Positions 11,431-22,501 of a DNA stretch of 64,000 bases are shown one piece after another (the stretch's first letter is position 1; the number at the start of each line of letters is the position of its first letter). Source of the stretch: Chara braunii. Its lineage: Eukaryota > Plantae > Charophyceae. The position numbers and the translations under genes are program-made. The stretch covers positions 8,803,657 to 8,867,656 of the forward strand of contig BFEA01000003.1 of NCBI GenBank assembly GCA_003427395.1, read 5' to 3'. The notes under the pieces are model-generated. The model was not told where the DNA came from and did no database searches. It saw only the letters and a program-made list of their open reading frames with translations.

Positions 11431-13179
11431 TGTAAGCCGCGGCTTGCATGCTCGGATCGATGCGTGGAGAAGGGTTACGTCCCCCACGCCGCGGCCGATC
11501 ATGCAGAACGCAGGCGCTCCCTCTCCAATCCCCCACTCCAAGTCCTGGTAATTCCGTGTTCTTCACGCATGAATGCACGCTATAAATTTCGGCTGCGCGA
11601 TTAGTCAGCTCTCTTAACCCGTTGTTGGAAGCTCGAGGTTGCACGATCAGGAAGGGTCGGCACACGAGCGAAGTAAGAGGTGAGTAGAGTAGGAGTTGGG
11701 CGACCCGACGGGCTGGTGCCGAACGCGCAGGATTGACGTGGGCCACGACGGACTGTGGGCACGGGCGAATCCGACGGGTGCGGAAGGACTAAGCGGGGTG
11801 ACGACTTCGTGGGTTGGTGCGTGACGACGGACTGTCCGCATCGGAGAGAGAGAGAGAGGAGGAGAGAGTTGAGGTCGATGGACGCGGATTTGCTGTTTCT
11901 TTGTCTCTTCCCCCTCTTCATCTGTGTACATACGTTTTGATTGCGGCTCTGGGCGGTTTGCCCGTTCTTATTTTCGTTCCGGCTTTCTGAAATCTGGGCT
12001 TGGGTTTTTGCTCACACTTGTCCTTGCTATGTCCGTCCCGATTGCATTATGTGTATGATTATCGAATGTATGGAGGTATGGATGTATGGACGTTATGCCT
12101 GCTTGTCTATCTTTTTGCTGAGAATCCCAGTCCTTGTCTTTTGCTTGTGTCTAATCTTTGCCCGCACCTGATACAGCTGTAGATGGGGTAAGAATCTGAC
12201 CCCGATAGCGGTTTTGTTCTCGTTTTTGCTTAGCTCACGATGGAGGTTGTGATATGGTTGCATCTTGCATAATCAAAATTTCTGAAGCAATTAGACGATC
12301 CGAAGTCTGGCCCCGCGAACGCCGCACGAGAACACATGTAAACGCGATCCGAGTCGCGCCCTTACACGCATTCCCGTGCATCGATTCGCCCACCCAAAAA
12401 GATTCGTGGCGGAACCGTCATCCCGTACGAGCACGCTGGGGCGCCGCTAAGTCTGCCTGCCCTGCACGTGCTCGTGCGAGGCAACGATATCCCGACCCGA
12501 GCTATCCCATCGACGATGATACCATGACGCGATCTTGGAGCTCAGCCTGAGATTCATCCTACGACCCGAACTATTTCACCCCTTGGATAAACGAACTCAT
12601 AAGGCTGCGATACCCCTGTCACACGGAGAATCGACTATGTCCGCGGGAATTCCACTGCACCACCTCTAGCGACCCTCGGTGCTCTGATTTCCCTTCCCCC
12701 GACCACACCTACTACTTTACCCACCCGGGATTTGTTGTCATCACCACCAGTTTCCCTCCTTTCCGCCTTCTTCTCCTGTATCATCAACTCAGCGTCATTC
12801 TGTGGCCGGCCATAGCCCTCTATTGGCCCAGTACATTTTGTGTGAACTGCCGACGTAGCGGCGAACAGAGAACTCCGGAATTTCGAAGGCCCAACCCAGG
12901 TGCGCGGCGGCCTGCGCCACGTGGCGGCCCCCGACGGCCTAACTTTTCGGGACCGCCTCCACCGCGGAGGGATTTCCCCGTAAACCGTCGCCCACAGTGC
13001 CCCGGCCCCACCGGACCGTGAGTCCCTTGCGCACGCACTCCTTATTCGCCTAATTGCATCCATACCCTTAAGACTCCCCCACTTTCCCAAAAATCCTTGG
13101 CACACCCCTTTTCGCACTTCCAGGCCCATACCCCACTCCGATCAGGAAGTCGCGCTGGGCGTGAGGTTGGGGCTTCACA
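11431..13179 (+). mobile_element. Solo-LTR-like unit 1 with TATA box and internal ORF
   Basis: Begins TGTAAGCCGC and ends GAGGTTGGGGCTTCACA. Collinear homology with 25130-26850. TATAAAT at 11581. No TSD found. Confidence 0.5.
12254..13021 (+). pseudogene. Unknown Cys-containing protein with one in-frame TGA at 12548-12550
   Basis: ORF 12254-12550 continues in the same frame as DSSYDPNY...RLCPREFHC...GFVVITTSFPPFRLLLLYHQL...YWPSTFCVNCRR to TGA at 13019-13021. Homologous to ORF 26160-26972. Confidence 0.7.
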
Positions 13180-13440
13180 ACACAGGCATCGACGCAGCCA
13201 CCGCACAGTGTGCAATTGCACTGCAGGCCGCCCACCTGCTGTAGCAGGTCTTGCACCTGCTGGTGGGTGCAGCTCCTGCATGTTCCCTCCTTGGAGGCTT
13301 GAGCACGGATGTGGCTGCTACGGGGTTCCCCATAATACCATAATGACAATACAAAAGGCCTGAAAGGCCGTCCTGTCCAGATTCGACAGGTAATTGATTT
13401 ATTATTATTATTTTTTTTTTTTTGCTGCCTTCTCATCATC

Positions 13441-14182
13441 GGGGGACAGCCATATATTTTTCTCTCGCCTCACATATTTTTTAGCTGGCGTTCTGCCATG
13501 TCGTGGAACATATCTTTCTTTCACTACCTACCTACCACTATTCCTAAGGCTATACAGGGGACCCCTGCAAGTGTAGTAGCTTTCTATCTCACTTCAGTGA
13601 AGGGAGGTTACCTCTCTCGGTGGAGAGAGGTACCGGCATGTTTGCCCCTTTGCCCTAATGTTTAGAGTGCAGGGTTCGGGCCGCCGGTGGGGTCCCGGCT
13701 AACACAAGGACCCAGCATTTGCCAGTAACTGTACCTCCCTTTTCATCTTCCCCCACCCCCATCGACTAACAGTAGTGTCTGAAGCCAACACTCTCCCACA
13801 CACCACACACAACCCACTCACAGGGGCACTCACACCCCCGTGTTGGCTGAAGACCTTACTAATACCAACTGTCAATTGGTTGGCCTTAAAAGAATTAGCC
13901 TTTATGACGGGAAAAAAAAACCTGCAGCCGAAGGGTGGGGGACGATGAGAAAGGGAGGCACAGCTACTGGCAGGTCTCGGTCTTTGTGTTAGCCAGACCC
14001 CACTGGCGGCCCCAACCCTATACCCTAACCATTAGGGGCAAGGGGCAACATGAAATCCCCCCTTCACAGAGAGAGGAAAACTATGCTTGCAGGGGTCCCC
14101 TCTAGATAGTCTTAGGAGTAGGTAGTAGAAGGTAAACAAAAACAGAAGTTGAGAGACGAATATAGACATTTGTGATCACCCC
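13441..14182. mobile_element. Foldback/MITE element with ~300-bp diverged inverted arms
   Basis: CCTAAGGCTATACAGGGGACCCCTGCAAG...GCCGCCGGTGGGGTC..GGCTAACACAA..CCTCCCTTT (13540-13760) is mirrored at 13930-14130. Related arm fragments lie at 40340-40700. Confidence 0.75.
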
Positions 14183-14239
14183 ATAAAAATAAAAATAAAA
14201 AATTCAGAGAAGAATGTAGCTTAAAAAAAAAAAAAAAAC

Positions 14240-15418
14240 ACCCTTTTTGCCTCTCTTGTCCCTCCTACCTCTTGTCTGTTGATCCCAGAGACTGGGCCTG
14301 GGAACACCCTCTGCACCGAAATGAGAAGGTTCAGATACATCGATATTCAACTAAACTGGGATATTTGCTTTCAACTCCTCAGGTCGATGTTAATTGGAAG
14401 GTGGCCTGTAGATGGTTGGCGACTGGTTGGATCAGAGACTCACTGACAAGACTTTTGGAAGCCCTGCCCACATTCTGGGTGCATCTCATGGACTTGGTCG
14501 TTGTTAAACAAGCCAGCTTTCTTTGGCTTATGATGCACTCCCGGTAGCGGCCTGGTGTGCAAAACGAACAACTAAGGCACGGGCGGAATGTCAGATATGC
14601 TCTGGTACTCGAATGGAAGATTTGCAACACTTTGCGTTATACTGCGACATTTCTCAGCCTTTTTGGGACTGGTGGAGACACTCTGACATCCCAGTTCCCG
14701 AAAATGGATCCAGATGGTTAGATAACTTCGTGCTGATGGGAACTGCAGCAAGACGAGCACCTCTCTCTCTACGTTATACATATGCGGAAGAGACACTCAG
14801 AGGTGCAATACTATGGACCCTTTGGACATTGAGGAATTCAGCAACTAGACGTGGAGAGAAACTGACGCCACCAATGGTTCGAGCAGAGGTCAAATATGGC
14901 ATTAAAACAGCAATGCAGGCTGACTGGGAGTATAGAGTACAGCGGAAAGGATTCACTAGAAAGGCAATGCAGCTCTTCACCACAAGGTGGGGCGCCTTTT
15001 CGGGCCTTGCATCGGTGGACTGTCCCCTGGCCCAATCGCCTTCTTTAGTTTTTTCAGGTTTTTTTCTGTGACTTCTCACTTGCATAATTTTAGAGTGGTA
15101 GGATTACTTGGTACTACGGTACTAGGGTATGGCCTATTGTGGAGGGCTACCAATTTACTGATTTGTCACCTTTTGTTGAACTAGATAGGATCTTTTACTT
15201 GGGATTGAGGTTGTTTTTTTCTGTTTTCTGTCGATCCAGATTACCGTGGTCCGGGCTCTGCTCGGCCGGAGAGCCTTGCTCAGCTCGAGAACTGCGGCAC
15301 CTTTTGTGAGGGACGCTGGGCCCGTTTCCCAGCATATAATGATAATTGTTTAAAAAAAAAAAAAAGAAACAAAAAAAAAAGAAAAAAAAAGAAAGAAAAG
15401 AAAAGAAAAGAAAAGAGA
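14240..15418 (+). mobile_element. 5'-truncated L1/Tx1-like LINE (zf-RVT/C-terminus, 3'UTR, A-rich tail)
   Basis: ORF 14523-15071: CQIC...EDLQHFALYC, ILWTLWTLRN. Pseudoknot-A motif at 15310-15333, then a poly(A)/(GAAAA)n tail from 15352. Confidence 0.85.
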
Positions 15419-16527
15419 AGTGGCAGAAACCAGGACAGAACGCCTTTTACTGACAGCCTTGGCGGGCTTAAACGGCCAGTAAACGGGCCCAGCCTTGTGG
15501 GAAAACGCTCGTCACCTACCCTGAAAATTTTGCAGCTCGGGCCTACCCGACCACGATGGCAAGAAAAAAAGTGTGCTGCTGGCGGTTTGGAAAAGCTTGG
15601 TGCGCAATAATAATATTTTTGGGTTCTACTTTTAATAAAAAAAAAAAAAAAAAAAATCTTGGGGCGCAGTGCAGCGCCTCCAAGCCCGCACGAGTGGCTA
15701 GCAGTCAAATCCCCCTAATTTTTTTATGGGTAATCCGTGCTGGTCAGACCAACCCTATACAACCTGTAACATCTCTAATCTTGTACTGTGTGCGACACTG
15801 GACCTGGTTTCCAGCATGTGATGCTCTCCACTCACATATACATTGGCGCTATCTACAACAGTTGAGCCTCCATCTGATTCAAAAGGGAGCCTGCCCTCCC
15901 ACTGATAGGCAGTCACTAAATGATACGATGTTTTCTTTTTGCAGAAAACATGAAAACAAGAATAGGTAGCGGGCGTAGAGGGGGTGTCTGCTCTTACCAG
16001 CACCCCCCCCACGCTCGACCGCGATGCTTTCTTTTTTTTTTTTTTTTTTTTTTTAAAAAAAACAAGAATAGGACGGCACATCGAACAGCCCCAGAAGAAT
16101 AGGACGGCAAATCGAACTGCTCTTACAAATAGTTTCGGGATGCTGGCCCCAGTTCCTGCCACGTGTTGTTCCGACTTGCTCCCCACGAATAAGAATGGAG
16201 CATTCAGGGATTTTTGCTGTGATTAGTCACCCGACTGATGTTGTCCATGCGCCTGTCACAGCGTGCCACTACCGGTAGTAGGCATCACGGCCTCTCGCGC
16301 TGGTCCAGCGGGCGCCATTTCCATAGTTTCTTGAGCGCGCGAGCAGGGATCGCCTGGTGTTGTCGGCGCCATTCATCCGCTGCGGTGGAACGCGGTTCGC
16401 GGAGCAGTTCCGCTGCGAGCTTGCGCGCTCCAGTGTGAGTCTATTGCCAGAGTCCGCGCGAGGGTTGACTTTGACGTTGACTTTGATGATCTTCGGGAGT
16501 GAGGTTTGTCGGCGTGACTCCGGGAGA

Positions 16528-17075
16528 CCGTCTTGGATCTTGGAGTCGTCGGGATTCTAGCGTTTGTGTTTGGTTCGAAGGTTGGCTCAGCTGGGCGGCC
16601 CAGGTGGATTTCGGAGTACGACGGCCGTCAGGATACGAGTTTGACTTGAGCTTTTTTTTGAGTTCGACTTCGATAAAGTATTTGTGTTGACATTAACGTC
16701 TTGGATCTTGGAGTCGTCGGGATTCTAGCGTGTGTGTTTAATTTGGAGGTCAGGCTTGACTCTCGGTTTGACTCTCATCCACAGCTTTCAGGATACGAGT
16801 TTGACTTGAGCTTTTTTTTGAGGTCGACTTCGATAAAGTATTTGTGTTGACGTCACTAACGTCTTGGATCTTGGAGTCGTCGGGATTCTAGCGTGTGTGT
16901 TTAATTTGGAGGTTGGCTCAGGCTGGGCGGCCCAGGCGGTCCTCACTTTTGGTCAATCGCGCGCCAGGCTTGACTCTCGGTTTGACTCTCATCCACAGCT
17001 TTCAGGATACGAGTTTGACTTGAGCGTTTTTTTTATTTCGACTTCGATCAAGTATTTGTGTTGACGTCACTAACG
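16528..17075 (+). repeat. Three diverged tandem units (~165-215 bp) upstream of the oleosin ORF
   Basis: CGTCTTGGATCTTGGAGTCGTCGGGATTCTAGCGT starts at about 16528, 16697 and 16860. Each unit ends ...TTCGATMAAGTATTTGTGTTGAC. Confidence 0.95.
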
Positions 17076-17184
17076 TGGCTTTGGGGTTGATACCCGAGTT
17101 CGCCTTTGGTCAAGTTTGAGGCGGAAAGAGGAGGGGGCCGGGGGGAGGGGGGGTGTCACGAATCCGTAGAAGAGCGTTTGCTTT

Positions 17185-18120
17185 ATGAGTGACAAGCAGA
17201 GGACGGGTGAGAAAGCGGGGCGGGAAGGAGGGGGGGGTCCTCCACCCGAGCCCGAGCCTGATCGGGATATCTTTGTCGTTTTGTTGGCGCTCAGAACCGC
17301 TACGAAGATGACCTCAATGATGCTCAATGCTGCAGAGAAGGGCCAGGAGATGGTCGAGGGAGCGTCGAGGTATGTCTCGATTACTGTAGAGAGCATTATG
17401 CCTGATCCCTTCAGCAGATGGTTGACTCGATTTCGGCAGATGACTTATTTTCAATGGTTCCTGCTTGCTGTGATGGGCCTATTTTTGGCGGTAATTACTC
17501 CCCCCGCTTTGATCTTGTTAGGTTTGTTTTCCGCGGTGGCTCTGCCCGTGGCTGCCGTCACTTCCCCCTTTTGGGGCCCCGTGGCCGTGGTGTTTTTGGC
17601 GCTCACTTTCCCTCTCTGGAGTCCTGCTTTGGCGGGATTGGCCATTTTTCAGTGGGCGGGAAGAATGGCGGGCAAGGTGAAGGAGGGGGTGACCAAGCTG
17701 GAGGGACACCTTCCTAAGCCCGCTAGAGGGGTGATCGGCTGGTTCAGAGGCATGAGTCGGGCGAAGCAGGTGTTGGCGCTCTTCGCCCTGGCCGCTGCCA
17801 CCGTCCTCGGCATCGGCGCGCTTCTGGTTGTCGGGACCCCCGTCGTCGTTATTGGCGGGGGGCTGATGCTCTTTTTCTCGCCTGTCATTCTGTTGACGTC
17901 ACCGCTGTGGATTCCGGTTGTGCTCTTCTTCCTCGCCGTTGCCGCAGTGGTGTTGGGCGGCGCCGGCTTCCTCGTCGCCATGGCGGTGAGCGCCTACTGG
18001 CTTTATCGGTATTACCGAGGGCCGATGCCGCTTGGGGGAGAGTCGGTCTTCAAATTGCAACGTAAGATGGGGGGGATGCTGGACCGCACTAGGCAGACGA
18101 TCGCGGGGAAGGCCGTTTAA
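17185..18120 (+). CDS. Oleosin-like lipid-droplet protein with two hydrophobic hairpins and two proline knots (311 aa)
   Basis: Two exact PX5SPX3P knots (PVAAVTSPFWGP and PVILLTSPLWIP), each within a long uninterrupted hydrophobic tract. C-terminal YWLYRYYRGPMPLGG resembles the oleosin WxYRY..G.HP.G motif. ATG start, no stops. Confidence 0.88.
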   Translation: MSDKQRTGEKAGREGGGGPPPEPEPDRDIFVVLLALRTATKMTSMMLNAAEKGQEMVEGASRYVSITVESIMPDPFSRWLTRFRQMTYFQWFLLAVMGLFLAVITPPALILLGLFSAVALPVAAVTSPFWGPVAVVFLALTFPLWSPALAGLAIFQWAGRMAGKVKEGVTKLEGHLPKPARGVIGWFRGMSRAKQVLALFALAAATVLGIGALLVVGTPVVVIGGGLMLFFSPVILLTSPLWIPVVLFFLAVAAVVLGGAGFLVAMAVSAYWLYRYYRGPMPLGGESVFKLQRKMGGMLDRTRQTIAGKAV

Positions 18121-19044
18121 CTTTGCCAGACTGTTCAGCAGAAGACAGGGTAGGTAATGTGGGCTTGGGCACGATCGTGTGGTGCCATTAGCTAATGGCT
18201 TCGGCTGGTGCAAATTTGTCTTCATTGTGTGGTGGCTATGGCTACTTCGATTGTGCATGTGTGTGACCGGGTACACCGGATCACGGGGAAAAACGAGTAG
18301 GGGTGAAGTGCTCATCTTGGGGCTTAACTTTGACCCCGGTCCACTTTACCGTTTGGTTGAGTGTTTGCCTCCGGATAGGGAGGTCACGTGTTCGATCCTT
18401 GCACAGTGCGGACTTATAAATAATGTATTTACAAATACAAATATTTACAAATGCAAAAATTTACAAATGTGGGCTGGCATGCATGAAATAGGGGTTGTGT
18501 TTTGGGACCGGAGAATTACTGCGGCGCCGCACAGTGATATTCTGACCAGGAGGGTCGAAGGGAGTTCGTTGTATGTACTAAAGGGGTGTGGCTTAGGGGT
18601 CAATTCGAGAGGAGTAATTTCAAAGATGGAGAGTTTGACAGGGGTTGACGAAGTTTAAAGGGGGTTTTGCCGCAGTGCGGCTGTTGGCATCCACTGCATT
18701 CGATCCTGCTGAATTGTGTCGTCGTACACTTAACTCACCGACGCGGATGACAAATCGACCGACGCAGATGACAAATGGACAGTGCCCATAGAGGGTCGTT
18801 TTTTTAAGGTGGGGAAAAAAACGGCTCTACAGCCTCTACAGTCTAGACTGGCTAGGGATTTGTGGTGGAGCGTGAAATTGCCGTGAATGTATATTTAATG
18901 CCCGCATGGTAGCTTCCTCTTACGTTTGACGCTCAAAGTAAATCTGCGTCAAAGTCAATCTGGTGTTAATCTCACCGGTGGTCAAGCAGTGTGGTCTACC
19001 GTGCCGATCGCGAATGTTGACGTTGATGGCAGCATGCTTATCAC

Positions 19045-19162
19045 TTCTTCCTAGACGTTTTAACTGGAGTGTACTTCTTTAGACGTTTTAACTGGAGTTT
19101 ATCTTCTTTAGACGTTTTAACTGGAGTTAATCTTCTTTAGACGTTTTAACTGGAGTTAATCT
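19045..19162. repeat. 29-bp tandem repeat, 4 copies
   Basis: Unit CTTCTTTAGACGTTTTAACTGGAGTTAAT repeated head-to-tail. Confidence 0.95.
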
Positions 19163-19544
19163 GACGGGCGGGTTTGTAGTTCGGTAATCAGTGTGTTAGC
19201 CGTGGTGCTGTTTTACGGTTTTAGTGAGTCACACCTACCACAGTAAATAAGTTGTACTAGCTATGCAGCTCAGTGAAATGAATTACCATCAGGTGATGGT
19301 GTAGGTTACCCAAGCCTACCACAGTGAATAAGACGAAAGTGTTCGAAGCTCGTGGTGAGGGAAGGATTATCACCCGGTAGCGGTTGAGCTAACTGTAGAA
19401 TGCATTACGGAACGTAACGGGTTTTTAAGTGCGGTGAGTTTGTTGTTAAGGGCCTCACCGGTCATCGAAGTAACTGGGGTAGAGAGCCTTCCACGTGGCT
19501 GTCGGGCTTGTTGGTGCGGAGGGAATTTGATTAATCGACTTCTC

Positions 19545-19690
19545 GTTTTTTTTTTCTTCTTTTCTTTTTCTTCTTCTTTTAACACCCCGGCCGGTGTTAA
19601 TGCTGCTTATAAGAGCAGACACCACTAACACCTAGGGAGAGGCTCCATCTAATGGTGGGGAGCATCACCTGCTGGAAAACGGGTCCTCTC
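19545..19690 (-). other. Retroposon 3' cassette (pseudoknots + hairpin + A-rich tail)
   Basis: Minus strand: GGACCCGTTTTCCAGCAGGTGATGCTCCCCACCATTAGATGGAGCC, then GGTGTTAGTG..GCTCTTATAA..CATTAACACC and an A-rich tail. Near-identical to 46308-46455. Confidence 0.8.
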
Positions 19691-19754
19691 CTTGATGAGG
19701 AGATTAAGAAATGTGCGATCGTGGAAGTCGTGCCTATAATATGAAAGTTGATGA

Positions 19755-19933
19755 AAGTGCCGACGGTGGACGAGAGGGATGTCGCCGTACAAAATGTACC
19801 CGTGCATGAATCTTGACAGAAATGCCGACGATGAAGGAGATGGATGTTGCTGTACAAAATGTACCCGTGCATGAATCTTGACGGAACTGCCGGCGATGGA
19901 GGAGATGGATGTTGCTGTAGAAAATGTACCCGT
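19755..19933. repeat. 65-bp tandem repeat, ~2.7 copies
   Basis: GGATGTYGCYGTASAAAATGTACCCGT starts at 19777, 19842 and 19907. Confidence 0.9.
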
Positions 19934-20588
19934 CGCGTTTTGGACGGGTGTGTGTCACAAGGATGGCGGCGGTAGAGGCTGACAAGGGATGATCGTCGGG
20001 CTTGAACAATATAGAGGGGTGCTCGAAGAAAGGGGTCTTTGAAGTCGGAGTCGGAGATATAATTGGCAAATAGCCACTTGGCTGTTAATAAAAAAGTTGC
20101 TTCATTCCTAATGCGGAAATTGTTGACTTCAATAAGTAATTGGTTGTTGCGTCTCCCAAAAAAAAAAAAAAAGAATGGAGCATGTAAGGGGGGAGGGGGG
20201 CGGAAGGGGCAAGTACGCTGGAGTCACACCCTTTTTTCTTTTTTTTTAAAGCCCAGGGTGTTGTAGAGGCCAAGGACCAGACCCGTGGTGATTGCTGGTA
20301 GCGGCAGCCAATGGTTGTCCTGACAGGATAGGCCACCTAGCCTACCCATCCCCAGTTAATACTCCCAGCGCACCCCCTGTCCCTACTATCACATCCTACA
20401 TTCAGAATAGGCAACTTTAGCAGTTCCCGAAATCATGGCTCAAAAAAGGCGACCCCCCTAAATCTGCCAACCCGCCCTGCGGGTAATGACTGGTGCAGTT
20501 TCAGACCCCTGCTAAACGTGCACATTTCAAAACTCACAGCATGACATAGGCGCCACTTAGTCTTCTCTTGCCTATTTCAAATTACAAA

Positions 20589-20632
<44 letters not shown>

Positions 20633-20837
20633 AGCAAACTGAAAGAGTGCCACAGCCACAGTTTTCCCAAAAAAAGAAACTTAATAAAAGGAGGTTTCTT
20701 CACAGTCATAAACTGCGACTTTTTAACTTTTCTTTTTAACCCATCTGGAAGGCCTCTATTTCGGTGGTATTAAGAGAGCCCTGCAACTTTCTATGCATAG
20801 CTCCAAGGTACAGCTGTAAGGGTGGAAAATGCCATTC

Positions 20838-20922
20838 CTTTTCTGCTGTTTTTTCTGCTGTTTTATCTGCTGTTTTATCTGCTGTTTTTTCTGCTGTTTT
20901 TTCTGCTGTTTTTTCTGCTGTT
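20838..20922. repeat. 12-bp minisatellite (TTTTWTCTGCTG)n
   Basis: About 7 consecutive units. Confidence 0.95.
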
Positions 20923-21439
20923 GTTCTGTTTGTCAATTTTTGCTCTTTCTGCACTAGGGTTGATTTCTGCTAGGGACGGGTATGAGATAGGGAGATCATT
21001 ACTTGGCCTTTGCTGTGCATATTTTACACTTGGGTAGAGTTTTTTCTTGGTATTATTTCTCTTTCTTTGGTCCCTTGTCACAGGGGACAGGCTCGACTAC
21101 AGTAGCTGGGCGCAGCTCCAGACCTCCTGGCCCCTGGATTTTAAAACTTCGTGCTGCATTTTATTTTTTGCCTTGGGCACTGGGCCCGTAATAAAGCTTG
21201 TGAAAAACGGAGAAAGACACAAAAACAAAAACAAAAACGAAAACAAAATCAAAAAGTCAGGGTGGGAAATCCTCTCTTGCTTCCCCTTTTTCTGATGCTC
21301 ATCTGGCTTCCTACAGAAAAGGTCCCGTACTCCTGCAGCCCTTTGAAAGGTGTCCATTTAACTCCATTAGTTCAATCTAAAGGTGTCCATTTAACTCCAT
21401 TAGTTCAATCTGAAGTTCCGGGCATGGTTTCAACTCTTA

Positions 21440-21536
21440 GGGTCAGATCCCACTACCCTGGATTATTCATTTTTCACCCTCGATTACGACGATCGACGGT
21501 CAGAAATGAACAATAGGGGCTAGTGGGATCTGGCCC
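21440..21536. mobile_element. 97-bp Tourist/PIF-Harbinger-type MITE
   Basis: TIRs GGGTCAGATCCCACTA / TAGTGGGATCTGGCCC, TTA direct repeats at 21437-21439 and 21537-21539. Nearly the whole element is self-complementary. Confidence 0.8.
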
Positions 21537-22237
21537 TTAGTACTATATTAAATATTTGCATGGCCATGCTTTCGGCTCTGTGGAGCTGAATAAGCTGATC
21601 AATCCCATGCATTTCCGTTCCAGTGGTACGCATAGCAATAAGTAAGCAGGGCCGTGGGGTTGCCCGGGGCTAGGTCCCACTCACACGAATTAAGAGATAT
21701 TGACCGTAGATAGCACAGATCAACGGTCCGAATCTCATAATCCGTTTAAGTGGGACCTTGAGCACGGAATAAAGCACCAGGCGGCTGGCACATCTTTTTT
21801 TTTTTTTTTGCAAAGCCAAGAGTCCGGAATCGAAAATTTCACAAATGAAACAGGGAGGGGAGGTATGAGATGATGAACGTTTGACAAACCGAAGAGCTCA
21901 GGAACGAAAATTCCGTCGTCGAAGGAAGAAGGCAAATTTAAACAGTTTGGCCTGCTGTCTCGAGACATGTAGGCAGTCTCGGAGTTTGCGAGAGGGAGAG
22001 TTGAGGTGGCTGGGGACATCAAAAGCAGCATGCAATATTTTTTTTGTCTCAAGTGTGGACTCAGGACTGTGATCGATTGAGAAATTGAGAGAATGCTAGA
22101 ATCCCGCGTGGCTGCTCTTTCAATGACTGGTCAAAAAGCGTCATAACAGGGTTCACCGTTTTTTTCTTTCACCGGATCACTGGGATCAGTAAAAAAAATG
22201 TTTTTTTCTTTCACCGGATCAGTAAAAAAAATTGCAT

Positions 22238-22501
22238 TCAACGAGCGGTTACTATGCTATAGAAAGGCTCTCGCATGATCTTCCACCGCATCAATACATC
22301 AAGTTCAGAGGCCACCACCTCCATGAATCGCTCTGCATGAATGCTTCCGCGGCAAATGCCAAGATTCACACGCGCTGCATCCGCCATTTGCTGGTTGTTA
22401 ATAAATCGTGCAATCTCAAAGAACTTCTCAAAGTACACGGCGGCTCGATCGAACTTCTTCTGCTGGTGGTAAATTATGCCCAATTTGCAACAAGCCTTAG
22501 C
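22238..22501 (-). CDS. TTC29: Last coding exon of a TTC29-like TPR protein (axonemal)
   Basis: Acceptor TTGCAG| then AKACCKLGIIYHQQKKFDRAAVYFEKFFEIAR...ARVNLGICRG...LMRWKIMREPF to TGA. Contains a TPR and a C-terminal motif resembling LLxWK of TTC29. Phase 0, joins exon 40842-40967 in frame. Confidence 0.75.
   Translation of the reverse strand, partial: AKACCKLGIIYHQQKKFDRAAVYFEKFFEIARFINNQQMADAARVNLGICRGSIHAERFMEVVASELDVLMRWKIMREPFYSIVTAR

Noticed and set aside
12635-13129. Antisense ORFs at 12635-13129 and 26262-26795
   Set aside because: Substitutions between the copies are synonymous on the + frame, so these are shadow ORFs.
19045-19162. CRISPR-like 29-bp repeats (also the 37-bp array at 5567 and 20-bp array at 42334)
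   Set aside because: Head-to-tail with no unique spacers, no cas genes, eukaryotic context.
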